DNA from: Vicugna vicugna
Lineage: Eukaryota
DNA: 64,000 nucleotides
Assembly (NCBI GenBank): GCA_013265495.1
Contig: MU058636.1
Location: 9,294,239 to 9,358,238 of the forward strand
Direction: 5' to 3'
The number at the start of each line of letters is the position of its first letter. The first letter of the stretch is position 1. The notes under the pieces are model-generated. The model saw only the letters and a program-made list of their open reading frames with translations. It made no database searches and had not been told where the DNA came from. Below are positions 36,511 through 50,035 of this stretch, piece after piece. The translations under genes and the position numbers were made by a program.

Positions 36511-39500
36511 ATTCAGCAAACTTAATTCTTCCTTGCCATAGAACACAAAAATCCATCATATCTTTAATTAAATTAGGTGATCATTAGCTTTTTTTTTCTT
36601 TCCAAAAACAGGCTTATTTTATTTATACCCAGAACAACTTATTTACAACCCCAGATGTGGATACGAACATAGCTGCCCCTGGAGGGGCAGCCATCCAGCT
36701 GCACAACAGGAGCAGTGCGGGGAGCGGCCCCACCTGTGGCAACAGAGACACCACAAGGCATGGAGGCTGCCATATTGGCAGACGGTGGGCCTGTTTCTCT
36801 GTCTGTCACATCTCTCTCGTAATTTTTTTTTGGGGGGGGAGCATCTTCTTACCCCAGTCAAGAAATACTACCTTCTGCCCCAGCACCATTTCTCAAATGG
36901 TCCCCAAAAAGTATCTGAACTTGTTTTTGACTTCAAGGTCCTTGCTTGCTGTGAGTTTCACAGAGACCTCGCTGCTCTCCTTGGCTGATGACACCTGGCT
37001 GTGAGGAGCTTTGTCAGAATGTTCTCCACCCATGCTCACCTCCTACAAGTTACTACTTCTCATCCAGAGGAAGTGTTCTTTTTTTTCTTTTCTTTGCCTG
37101 AAGGAAGTATTCTAAATTACTATTCAATTTTGAAAGACTGCATTTAAGAAAAACAAATTGGATATTATATTCATACAGGGTGGAGGAATCTGTGTGGGGT
37201 AGGAAGATATGAGCGATATTTATTTGCACAGTGTAGGTTATTAATCTTTCCGTTCAAGCCTCAAAATAATACTTTGCCAAGAATGATGATTAAAGATTAA
37301 ATTATGTAAAGTTTCAAAACACTTTTAAAAGATCAAAATACTATTGCTACTCCATAAAAAAACTAAAATCCTAGAGCATAAAAATAACTAGTGATCATCG
37401 AATTTAATGAAAGATAGGATGGACTTTTTTTTCCCTCCTCAATACTTTTTAATCTATTTTCTGATAGTTCAGAGGAAAGGTTTCTCCAGTGGTTTGGATT
37501 TGTTTCTAAAGCTTCATATCTTAAGAAATCAATCTTATTTTAAGGTCAAAATAACTTATACATAATTCATCTTTAAATTTCTAAACTGAGGAAAATGACT
37601 CTTGATTTCCAAAGAGTAGAAAAAACAAAGTAAGCATTGCAAGTATTTTAAATGCCTTTGCCCTTGAATGTTCCTGGAAATTTGATTTCTTAAGCTGATC
37701 TCCCCACCTGCCCACCCCCACCTCCATATTACAGATAAGGAGAGGGGCAAAGAGAGCTTTCGGTTTAGGGCATAGTTGGGGTGTGAATGTGGCCTTCTCA
37801 AACTCCAATTCTGAGTTCTTTTTTGTGCCATCATTTTCTGGTATTCATTATTGTCCCTGTTATTTTTCTGACCCTTCAGCCCTGAGTTGTGTGTTTGGAA
37901 GTGGCCTTCAGAAAACCTTATCTATTTTTGCTGAGCAATCCATGGCCATAGCTGTGCTGTCCGTTTGGTGAGCAGAGGCACCCATTTTAAGGCAGTTAGC
38001 CACCCTCTCCTTTTTCATTTAATCAGTTCTTTATGCCCAGAACTATCAGGCACATCAGGGAAATCCAGAAAATCAACACACTGCTGCTCCATGGTACGTG
38101 GAAGTCTTCCAACTGCCTGGGCACCAGGTAAAGCAGGGGCTGTAAACATCGCCGTCTGCAGAGTCCTGCATGAAATCGATTTACGTGATGCTTTTTCATA
38201 AGCTTCGAAAATCGGCATTTGGGTTTTTATCAATGAAACATCCTATAGCATCTCAGAAATAGCTTCTTTTTAGGAAGTTATGGCAAGAATTGGTATTTTC
38301 TGACATAGAGTCGCAGCACTAAATAGCGTTGCCCTGAAAACAGCCCTTTATTGTCCTTAAGAACAGTGGTGGTTTTCCTTATCATTCACAATTCAGCCTG
38401 CCCGGTGGCATGTCTGGCCAGATTCACGTGCAAGACATTCTTCCTTCCCTTTCTTTTCATTCTTGCCTCGTGGGGAAGAAGAGAGGGACATGCAGGAGGA
38501 AGAAATAGATTTGTTTGGGTGATTAATGTGAGAGAAAAATCAATCTCTCCTTCCCCTCATTTAATAGTGGCCTTTTTTTCATCTGTAGCCCGGATTCCTG
38601 TTGTAAACACACAAATTGTTTACAGCTTTTGTTCCTGATTTTGGCGTGCAGGTGACAGGAGAGTCCCAATAACAAATGCCAGAGAGGGAACTGGCTTTTT
38701 AAAGAAGGTTACAAAAACCCCTCGGTGGTTACTATTTGACCAATATAAATTAGAAAATTTAATCTTCCTGTTTTATTCCTTCCATTATTCATATATCTGC
38801 TCTTGGGGAGGCCTTTAATTCCCTTATGTTGCAAAGACGTATTTGTTGAGTGCCTACCGGATGTCAGATTCTGTGCTGGGCGTCAGTGAGGCCACATGGT
38901 CACTGCATGTAACCAAGGAGTTGTAGAAAGAAAGTGGTGTGGCGATGGAAAGATGTTTTAACAGCCCCCTGCCCCCAGTGCAGAATTACGGAGCTTGCAA
39001 ATACTATGAAAGAGAAATACATGGCTCTATCATGTAGCCATTTCTGATCGCAAATAAAAGATGAGCACCTCAGCACCAGGGGACAATAAGCACTTCGTTA
39101 GTTCTGTAGCCCAGTTGGGGTTGGCTGACATAAGACGGGGTTTTCCTGGCCTGGCTCTGTTCACAGACCTTTCATCCCCCTCTCGGACGCAGCAGGCAGC
39201 CTGCAGTGCCCTTTTCAAAGCCAGGGCAGAGGCCTGAGAAGACAAAACCAATTGTAAAGGCACTTTTCAGAATTCTTCTGTGTTACTGACTTTCATGATG
39301 TTGGCGGAATAAAATCAATACTAGAGGCTCAACATCAGTGGATGCTCCTCTCTGGGAAACGGGGAGGGGAGTCTCCTCCGGCCGCAGCTGCGCGTGGAGA
39401 CTACGCTGTGGATGATTCGAGCTGGCACGAGCTAAGCGAAAAACTTAGAAAATGAACAACTTGATCAAAAGCTCTGTGATGAGAAAGACACCGCTAGGTT

Positions 39501-39822
39501 AGAAACCCTGAAAGGTCCTTGACGTTAGAGCGCAGAAAGTGAGCAGCAACACGGGGCAAACTGAGTCTAGAGACAAAAAGACGGGGCAAACCACAGCGAC
39601 CTGCGGGCCGTGTTAAGGACTTAGAATCTTTCTCCTAAAGATTCCGTATTCAGTCTTGGAAAGGTGTTCTGTTCAACATGCTGTTATTCTCTTGCCAATC
39701 GCTCTTGTCTTCCTGATGAATTTGGAACAAAAGGAAAGCATATCATTATTTTGAAATGAAAGTACATACTTATTAGTAACTGAAAATGTACAGGCAAAGT
39801 CTTATGGATCTGGTCTTCAGTG

Positions 39823-40003
39823 TAGTCAGCCCTCGCTGTTCCCAAGCTCTGTTTCCACATCCGCTGATGGAGAACGCGGGGCATATGGAGGGCGGACTGC
39901 ATGGCACCATTGTATGTAGGGGACTTGAGCATCCATGGAGTTGGGTATGGTGGGGGGGCGCAGACTGGAACCAATTCCCTACAGATACCGAGACAGACGA
40001 CTG
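39823..40003 (+). mobile_element. TcMar-Tigger MITE (Tigger3/MER2-like)
   Basis: Degenerate TIRs agtcagccctc...gataccgagacagacgactg followed by TA. Internal ggacttgagcatccatgga and ctggaaccaattcc. Confidence 0.75.
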
Positions 40004-40849
40004 TACATGTTCTTGAAAAATAGTAACAAGCAGAAATTCTGTTAGTCTTTTCTTTTTCCATTTTCAATTGTGTATTTTATTTTATACTTCTTCATGTGCT
40101 TTAAGATAACCCATGTGATTAAATTTTACCAGAAAATTGATGTTACAAAGTGGTCCCTTTAAAATGGTCTTGCATTTGTATCTAAAATTGCATTGCACAT
40201 TATGTTAATATGGGATATTTGTGCATCTTGCTCAAAAAGCAAAGGTTTTACTTGACAGTACATCTAGTAAGTATGGATACCTTCCCTTTGAATATCCATA
40301 TTTCAACTTCCCATGTTTGCCAGGTGGACTGAAATCAAAGGGCTGGACTAAACCTTCTCTTGTCTCATTTTATCCTTATGGAATGTTCTAATGTCCTCTC
40401 AAATGTAAAATTTCTTGGCAAAGAGTATTTTTATGATACAGAATATACCTAGTGTGATTTTATTATTTATGATTCAACCCAGGATAATTTTAGAGTGAAA
40501 CTGAAGAATAATGTAAAAGCCAAGACCGTCATGGGAAAACTGGACGTCGGCTCGCCCTAAGTGTATTCAGATAGAATTAACTCCATGAAGACAAAATGTA
40601 GTTCTTCTTCCCTGTATTTAGGAAGAGGCTAACCAGTACAGGATCTTGGGCATGATACCTGGAGAATTATTTAACTTGAGAATTACACAAGCTGACCAAA
40701 GATTGGATGCTGATGACTGGAAGAATAAAGCATGGTTCTGTGGAGAATTGTAGATGTCCAAAAACATGTATCTATGGTATGTGAGAAGAATACGGGCTTT
40801 GGTGGCAGACAGACCCGTGTGCACAGCTCAGGGTGCACTGTGGACACAG

Positions 40850-41000
40850 TGTCTTACCATCCTTGGCCTCAGTTCCCTCTTCAGTAGCTGGTAGGCTTGT
40901 GAGAATCTGATGAGGTAATAGCTACCATACAGTAACCACTCAACAAAGGTTACTATGTGCAGTAAACTAAAAAGGCTATGTAATGGATTATGGAAGCAAC
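40850..41000 (+). mobile_element. MIR SINE fragment
   Basis: ggcctcagttccctct...ttgtgagaat...acagtaaccactcaacaaaggttactat. Confidence 0.5.
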
Positions 41001-44000
41001 TAAGAAACTGGATAACCTTTAGGTGAAGGACCAAGTGACGTAGCCTGGTCCTCTGGGTGATCCGTTTCCCTTGTTGCCGGAGCTGTCTGTCCTGGGGCAT
41101 CTGCTGCTTGCTTCCGTAGCCTTATTAACCATCCCAGAAAGTGCACGTTCTTTGCACTGCAGATGTCACAAGCAGACACTTTTCACTGAGTCTTCATGAG
41201 CTGCTGTCTCTAGAGGACTTGCCTTCCTCGCTGCTTGGCCTGTGGAATGTTGGCTCTCGGCACCACCTGTGGATGACACAGCTGCTTTCTCTGCTGAGAT
41301 CAGAATTTGACACAAGGCAGAAATGCAAAGAAGTTTTCCCACCTACTTTGGGGGAAAGAGATTTTAAGCTTAGAGTGACAGCTGGAACCGGGTCCGCTCG
41401 CGGAGCTCCACGACACCCTCTGATAACACGTTAAATTTGCTAGTGACAGTGGTTCAGCAATTGTGTTGTTTAATCATTTCCTGCTTCTGTCTCTAGGGTT
41501 AGATTATACCAACACCTGCCATTGTCGTCTAGTCAGTCTCAAGGTGCTCGCAGATACCCAGAGCCTACCAGGATTTCAGCTAGATTTCTGTTGCTCTTTA
41601 TACCAATACTCCAGATGTATTCAAGAGTACACTTTCACCATATACCCACATTCAAGGTCACATGGGACTGGGAAATACTACACATCATAGCTCCTTTGTG
41701 ATTCCTTAGCATGTTAAAGACTGATATGTCCTACAGTAAAGAAATCGGTTCAACTTCGACTCAGCATAACCGAACTTATTTAACCATGGCATCCTTTGGT
41801 CATTAGCAACTATTAACAACCATGGCACTCGTAGGGAACAGCCCTGGAAAATGCTGCCCCGTAGGGTATAGTTCTGTTCCTATTCATTTCAGATATTCTT
41901 TCAAAAACATCTGCTTTTGAAGGCACCATGCAGAGGTGATTCTGCTTTATTCCTCTTGGAAGGCATATGAGATCAGTAAATTTAGCTCCAGAGTGGCTCC
42001 CATGATTACGTGATCAATTACATGTAATCACACGCAAATTACCCTGGAGGCTTTACAGTGTCACGTGACCTGTTGTGAAAGAAATCAAGCTGTGCACGAG
42101 CAATTAAGTAGCTTAATAAAATTTGAAAAAATGGAGGGCACAAGGCTACCAACTAGTATTTGATTCGTCTATTATGCCTTCATCTCCATGCAGCTGATAA
42201 GCATGGAGTAAATCTGGGGTTAAACATTTATCAGCCCTCTGATCACTATACAGATTTATCATTTAGGAGATTGGAACTCTGAGGTGTTTGGGCTAGCCAA
42301 GCAGGTGGGGTTAGGGTGGACTTCGGTCAAACCCTCAACTTTACATGTTCAGAAACTTAAACTTCATTAATTTCTCTAAGTATAATTAAGTTCCAAGAGA
42401 TTGATCCCGTTTCATAAACCTTAGAATCATAGATCTAAATCTAAATTCATTTATTCAAAACTAGGGCAATTTCTTTTAAAGATGGAAGGTATTTCTCTAT
42501 TATTAAGATAACATTTACAGACAGGAACGTTCACGGACCTTCAGTGTACGATTTGATGAGTTTTGACAAATATATCTGTACTGAAAACTATATTCAGGCT
42601 TCCTCTCCTTTCCCTCCATTGCTTTCTTTTTGCCCCCATTCCTATCCTACCTGCCCATTTAGCTGTTTCCAACTCTACTATCAAGGAACAAAATAATGTA
42701 CTATCTAAGAGGGGAAAGAGTAAGGAGGATCTTATATTCTTATGAAATACTTGACCTCAACTATTGTAGAACCCAAGAAAATATTCCTTGTGGACCTTCA
42801 TAATGACCAAAATGTTCAATCTTCCATGCGCTAGAGGCACCTGTCTCTTAGTTGGAGCAGGAAGAATTAAAACTGCCTTCCTCTGGCATTTTATTTTTCT
42901 GGACTCCATAGCAATAGACAGCAGCTTCATCCCACCCACACCTTCTGTTGTTGCAATTTATGATTAAAGAAACACCTGCTTTCATCAGTATTACAATTAG
43001 GAATCATCTCAGAGGGTAATTTTATTCATTTATTTCATTGACTATTTTAGTATCCTTGACACTGACATCATGTTCTCAGGATATTTCCTGTTTAAGGCTT
43101 GAAGACCCTTATGCAGTGGCTATATTAATGTTCGCTCTCATTGGTCAAAATATTCTCAAGTTAATAATGGATCCTAAATCAGACACTTTAGTTTTGTTCA
43201 CATCATCTGATGTCTCTTTAGAATAGCTAACATTTTTTTTTAAATTGTGGTTTATTAGGAGATTCACTGGGTCTTAGGGAGTCCAAGTAGCTTGTTGAAA
43301 ATCTAACTTCTGCTAATTCACTTCTTTGAAAAATCCAAGATTGTGCTATTAACTTCACTAAAAGAACAGGTACCATATTCCACCGATTAGCACCACAGGC
43401 TTCAATTTAATGACTAAGATCATAAGATTTAAACAGAATTAGTAACTAAGTAGTGATTGGAATTCACCTGTGAAACAAGTAGAATTTTAAACACTAGTGA
43501 ATTTGGGGCATCAATTGATTAATTTATCTGAATTCTTTGCTAAAAAAGAGGCAGATTCTAAAGGCTTGCCATTGATGTAATTTATGTTATTCCCAGAAAT
43601 GAAATCATTTCAGCTTCTAATTTTGTTTAATGGTTTAACAAAGGATCGACAGAGAATTCTTCCTGGTAGAATTTGAAGAGCACAAGGTTAACAAATAATC
43701 TTGTCCTTGTGTCATTGATACTTGGCCCAAGAATAAGAAATAACAATTGTTGGCACAGAAAATTTCTAAAATTAGACCCAGGAGTTGGGCAATCACTAGC
43801 TTGCATTTGTTTATAATGTTACAGCTGTGTGCTGTGATAAGAAATCTTTTGGTGGAAAGTTAGTTAAGGCTTTTCCAGATGTAGTAATGCATTTGTCAAA
43901 ATGAGAGAAAAGTTCCCCTATGCTTTCAAGAAGATAACTGATGGAACCATGGGACAGAGAATGGCTTTTCTTTCTTACAGGCCCCTTCACGTCCTTATAG

Positions 44001-45041
44001 AACATTTAAAGGACACCACCACCTCTAAATGGAAGGACATACACACAGAATAAAGTACTTGAGTCTGAAGAACATTCTCAACCCTCTTAAAACCCAAATA
44101 GACGACGAAGTAGTTTAGTTGTGTACTGTTTTTAAAAACGCACAAGGGGATTGCAGTCGGGACTGCTCAGGCCATCAGTCCAAGCGAACCAGCGCCTCCC
44201 TGGGAGGACTCTAAACCCTCCCTCTGCCTTGACTGCACGTCCACAATGAAGAGACATTTGAATTTCCTCTCCCAGAGCCCAGGGATGAAGATGTTCCGAG
44301 ACGTCAGCTTAGGAGAGGCAGCCCCGATTTTGCTGATTTTATGATTCATATTGACTGTGGGGTTACGCCCAGTTGGCCTGTTGAGTCTAACGGAAACGTT
44401 TAATGATTTCTATCAAAAAGATGTAATTAGGTACCTAGATGCCATTTACCTCTTCTGAACTGTGATGTCAGGCTTCTCAGGATCACATAATAATACTTCC
44501 TTCAATGTATGCAGTGCTGTAAAGTCTACGTGCTCTCACACTACCCCATTTAGTCCCTTCCAACAGATCAACGTGACCAGTCGTGGACTCTGGTAGGGGG
44601 GTAACAACCAATCCTTGGCCTGATGCTCTGGCCCATAACGAAGGCCCCTGTGCTGACCTACACAACCCCATGTCCCTCTGTTCCCTGTCAACACCTGTCC
44701 TCCAGAACTGCTGAATTTCTCGTGGTTTCTTCGACGAGTCGTGTTCCATTACTGCGGTTGCAATAGAGGCATTTTACAAAGTGGAATTGTTCATTTCTGA
44801 TATTCTTGTCTTGGGGGAGAGGGGTTGTTGTTGACATTTTATATCCAAAGTACAATTTATTGGCACTTTTTTTTCCTGTTACATTCTGTTCACTTTGCAC
44901 ACATCTGCTCTTTAGATCAGCGTGTTTCACAAAGGTTGGAAGACAGGACGTTTCAACCTATTTGGCAGATGAGGCAATTTAGGCCCAGATCTAGCAGGTG
45001 ATGAATAAAATAGTCATTTGGTAGAAAATCTCTTGGGGGAC

Positions 45042-45410
45042 ATGACAATACCCACCGCTGGCGAGGTTGTGGAGCAACAGGAACTCTCATTCATTGTTGG
45101 TGGGGATACAAATAATGCAACTTTGGAAGGCAGTTTGGCCATTTATTATAAATCTAAACATAGTCTTACCATGTGACCCAGCATTTAGATTCCTAGGTGT
45201 TCATCCAACTGATTTGAAACTTATGTTCGCATAAGAATCTGCATGCAAATGTTTATAGCAGCTGCATTTATAATTGCCAAAACCTGGAAGCAACAAAAAA
45301 GTCCTTCAATAAGTGAATGGATAAATAACTGTGGTACAGCCACACAGCCACAGGAAAGTAAAGTCTGTAGCTACCAAGCCACAGGAACACACAGATGAAT
45401 CTTCAATGCC
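45042..45410 (+). mobile_element. L1MC-like ORF2 C-terminal fragment
   Basis: gctggcgaggttgtggagcaacaggaactctcattcattg, atgtttatagcagc and ataattgccaaaacctggaagcaac. Confidence 0.85.
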
Positions 45411-46424
45411 AGAGGGCAGGGCAGCAAACGACATCGTTTCAATTACCCTGGAGCATTTTGGCAAAATTCAAAGGGCCCAGAATTGCACTTTGTTTTTTAT
45501 TAGGTTGTTTATCCACTCAAATTCTTCTCATTAATTTCAGAGAAAATCTTAGAGAATATTAATGCTCTCATAAAACTTAAAATAATTGATTTTGATTCAC
45601 AGAGATGTGATGAATCTCTGCTTTCCCCACTTCTGTAACCTAAAGAGGAGAAAAAAGAAAAAAAAAACAGAAAAAAATGACAGTGCCTTAGACTGCTCTA
45701 AAAATTACAACCCTAATTAGAACAGCACTGTGTGTTACTGCACAAATGTATGTTATATTATTAACGCTCATCTCTTTTTCAGGGCTACTTTCAGGCCAAG
45801 GTAGCACTGGATTATCACTGCAGATCACTTCACATATCTGTCCTGCTCCCTGCGGCTCACCCTTAGGACACGGCTTCTCAACACTGGAATCCCAATCAGG
45901 GCATCTGTGCTAAATTTAAGTGAGTTTGGGGGAACACTATTTAACCTTACAAGCTCATTACTAAGTATCTGTTATACAGCAGTGAGGGTTAATCCATCTG
46001 TGAATGTGAATTCGGGTCAGCTTAGCAAACAGAAACGTGAAAGTCTTTTGAGGTCTTTTCCTAAGATGTCTTGACAAGCCATTGAATGCTCGTTCAATCC
46101 ACGGTGTCCAGTCAGTGTTTCATGGGACGTCACCTGTCATATGCTGGAAAGACAGTGAAAACCCTGGAGGTGGCGTAGCAGAAATGCTGGGATCAGGCCC
46201 TGGCTTTTCCACCAACTTAGCCTGTTGGGACTTCAGCACCTTCAACTGTAAAATAGAAGGTTGGTCTAAATGGACTTTCTGTGCTCACAAGCTTCACCAC
46301 CTAAGAGGAATTGAACATCTATTCCCATGGCCCTAGAACCTGTCGCCGAAGGGACTCCTCAGAAAGTAAGGCCAAGTCTTTGAATTCTTGGGTTTTACCT
46401 GAATGGATCGTGTACCGTATATAC

Positions 46425-46651
46425 AACGACCACATAAGTAAATCTGGAAACAGACCCTCTAGCCCCAATCAGCCCTCAGATACCTGTAGCCCCAGAAGAC
46501 AAGGTGCTTTCATGAGGGACCCTGAGCCAGAATCATCCATCTAAGCTGCTCCTGGATTCTTGACCCACAGAAACTATAAGATAATAGATGCTTGTTGTTT
46601 GAATGTCCTTAATTTGGGGATATTTTGTTCACAGCAGTAGTTAACCAATAC
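46425..46651 (+). mobile_element. MLT1 (D/E-like) LTR, 3' part
   Basis: gaccctgagccaga, ctaagctgctcctggattcttgacccacagaaact, and end cacagcagtagttaaccaataca. Confidence 0.8.
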
Positions 46652-47241
46652 ATTACACAATAAATATTTATCAAGTTTCTACTGTGTGTTAAGGGTAATT
46701 CTAGATACCAAGAACTATATACCACAGTAGCCAAAACCAAACATTTTGTTCTCATGAGGAAAACAAAAAAACTATTATTAAAATACCTGCCTCCCAATTT
46801 TCTCCATTTCAGCCAAAGTATTTGCCTGTCTCTTCCAAGGACATCTAACCCGTTTGCAATCTGAGAAGAGCTCCATCCAGGCAGCAAGTGTACAGGATCA
46901 TGTAACCCAAGGGGCCTTTCCCTCAGTACTGACTCCATCTGACTGCTGGCTTTTCACGTTTGTTATCCTAATGCCTGTGCTTTTGTTTTCCATCCAATAT
47001 TCTCAAATTATCGATCTCTGCCATTAGGTCCTCTGGATGCTAAAACATATTCAATGGATCAGCAGTTCTTGTCTATCATTCACAGATCTTCTTGGCTCAG
47101 TTTCCTTCTAACTAAACCTCGAGTCCCCACCTATGCAGCTTTCTCTTTTTTAGACCCCTAGGAATAGAGGGTAGAATTTATCTCCCTTTTCTTATGAGAA
47201 CCCAACAACTCTGCATCTAACAACAGCTTCCATGGTGTATG

Positions 47242-47244
<3 letters not shown>

Positions 47245-47274
<30 letters not shown>
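47245..47274. repeat. (TG)15 microsatellite
   Basis: Perfect TG run counted directly. Confidence 0.95.
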
Positions 47275-47279
<5 letters not shown>

Positions 47280-48219
47280 ACATGTGTGCTGGAGCAAGTA
47301 TGAAAACATGAGTAAAAGATGACTTCCACTTTTCATAGCTGTTGTGTACCCAGTTAATGTCTTCATCACCTCTTGTGAATCACTCTCGCTATTTTAAGTA
47401 CGAAGGCAATGCCGACAACAAGTTTCGTTTACTGTCACTGAATCACAACTGTAGCAACTCCATTCTTGAATGGCGAACATTTGCAAAGTCTGTAAGGAAT
47501 CCAAGCACTTTTTGAAGGGAAAAGAGAAATGGAAAAACCTTAGCAGAACAGTGTCAACGCAGAGTACTCTGAAGTCTGGAGCTGGACCACAATGTTTACT
47601 AAATGTCTGCTATGTGCTGGGCATTGTGCCAGATGTATGGGAAAAACAGTGTGCAAAATGGATATGATGTGTTCCCTTTAGGAAAGTAAAGTCTGGTAGC
47701 GGAAGATAATCATCAATGTATTTCATTATTCATCACACATATAGACACAGAAAGTCAAATAGCCACAAATGGATGTACAAAGACAAACTACTCTCATAGG
47801 AATGCAGAACTCTGTATGTTACAGAAGCTTCTCAAAACACATAGAAATGGTGTGTATGCATTTGTGTAGGCAGAGATGAGCATGCATACTCATTTACAGT
47901 GGTGCTGGGGCCAAGAGTGATAGTAGAGACATGCGTAATCCAAAGAGTCTCAGAGAGATAAAATACTGGGCTCTGGTTCATCCCCTTTTTTACTTCTTTG
48001 ATTATTTCTCAGTGTTGTGAATAAAAATGCTAGAATCAGAAGCTAATTCAGCATTTCTTTGCTTGAGGCTGGCATGAGCTTGGAATGTTAGTGAATTTAG
48101 GATTAGAAGACATAGAAATATTTTTGTACTCCATCAACACAGACTTCCCAGCACACAGGCAATTGTAAAGTCATTGTGAAGGAAGTTCATAATAAAATTA
48201 CTTCTCAGGACAGGTCCAC

Positions 48220-48480
48220 TTATAAGTCACGGAGATGTAATGCACAGCATGGTGACTGTAGTTAGAAATACTCCACTGCCTGTTTGAAATTTACCAAGGG
48301 AGTAAATCTTAATGGTTTTCATCACAAGAAAAAAAATCGTTCTGTAAGTATGTATAATGACCGATGACAATTAGACTTATTGTGGTGATCTTTTCACATT
48401 GTATACAAATATTGAATCATTATGTTGTACCCCAGAAACGAATATGGTCAATTATACCTCAATTTTAAAAAGACAAAACA
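48220..48480 (+). mobile_element. L1MA9-like 3' end
   Basis: ataagtcacggagatgtaatgcacagcatggtgact...agacttattgtggtgatc...gtcaattatacctcaat plus an A-rich tail. Confidence 0.85.
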
Positions 48481-49525
48481 AACGAAGAAAAAAGGACATT
48501 GGCTCAAAGTCTTGCCATTGAACCAATTTTGTTGAATCCAGTTAAGTCGTGTTGAGTCGTGTACTGCATGCAAGGCTCTGTTCTATGATCTGTGAGCAAA
48601 CGCGAGTCTGTGTAATACACTCTCTGTCCTAGAGGAGCAATGATATGAAACAGAACTGGCATCAGAGCAAATTACTGTAGAGAGCAATTCACCGCTGCCA
48701 GTTTGTCTTAATAAATGTGTTTACCAAGTTTTTAATGGGGCCAGATGGGAAGGGATTGCCTTGTGTCGTCTTGTGACACAATGGTCAACACAGTTTCATA
48801 ATGAGTTAATAATGAATGGATGAAGCAAGAGCAGTTTCTAAGACTCATTAAATGGAAGACTTGACCGTGCCTCTGAAGCCAGCGTGTGCACACACTCTTT
48901 CAAAAAGAAATGGAGATGAAAGCCGGTGATTTCACTGTTTGAGCTCGTCTTCTTGGGTTAGACAAATAAAATTTGTAATGCTTGTGTCTCCTTATGGCTT
49001 TACTCTTTGGAAGATGATACAACTAATCATGTTTAATTTTTCTTTATCAAACAGAAACTTGGATTTGGGATGGAATGGTACATGGAAATGCTCCCGAGAC
49101 TGATTTACGTGGGGGCACATAGGGCTGCCTCCAGGGTAGTGCAGTGGGGGTTGTCCCCGTGGGCTCCATGCTCAGGATACAGGAGGCTCAAGACACTATA
49201 CCTTTTGAATTAAAATATTTTAAAGTATGTATTTTACAGAATTTAATTATGCAAATTAAATTGTACACAGTTTTACCCTAAAACACACACACTAATTTAG
49301 TAGTTCCAAAACCACGGTTTTATAGGGATGGCACCCTGCATATGTGTACCCGCAAATTTGAAAGTATTGAGAATTCCATGCACAAAATGTATCTGAAAGG
49401 AAATTACAATTGATGTTAGATTAGTTGGCTTTTAAATTTTAATTACTTCTTCTAGAAGATAGCATTAAAAAACTTTGTGCTTCTACTTAGCGAAAAAAAA
49501 AAAAAAGATACAGATAAAAAGCCAC

Positions 49526-49869
49526 TGTCACAAGGTGGGCTCTCTGGGAAGCAGAGCTGACTCAAGATCACCCCATGGGGAGCTCTGCTGGTAAAAGGGC
49601 CCATCAGAGTTGTTTTGAGTTTTGTTTTGAGTTAGGCTGAAATGGTCAACCTTTCATCCTCCCATATTGACTTGTCATTGGATATGGGCCACCTAGAGGA
49701 CGGGTTTGACCTTGGGTGAGGGGCCTGTCTGCAGCCAGGTAAGGCAATCCCTGAAGAGCCTGCGGGGGAAGACTGTGGGCTGACCTCTTGCTCAGCAGGT
49801 GGGGAAACAAGTTTTTCTTTGAATTCCTTGAAGGAATTGCTGAGCTGGGGATCACAGCGCCTGTCCACA
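49526..49869 (-). mobile_element. ERVL LTR (LTR33/LTR16-like), internally deleted
   Basis: tgtcacaaggtgggctctctgggaagcagag start resembles the LTR edge at 5156. Also cttgtcattggatatgggc and the end gcctgtccaca. Confidence 0.6.
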
Positions 49870-50035
49870 AAAGACCAGGGGCAAACGCTACCCCCTAGCA
49901 AGTAATCCCCTGAGTATTTTCCCACAGAGTTAGTGGGCTGGATCGCAGAACTTCCAACTGGTAATGCAAACTCCAAAAACTGGGCTCCTATTCAAGGTGC
50001 TTTCTCCTCTTCTCGTAAGGAACATAATGCAACCT

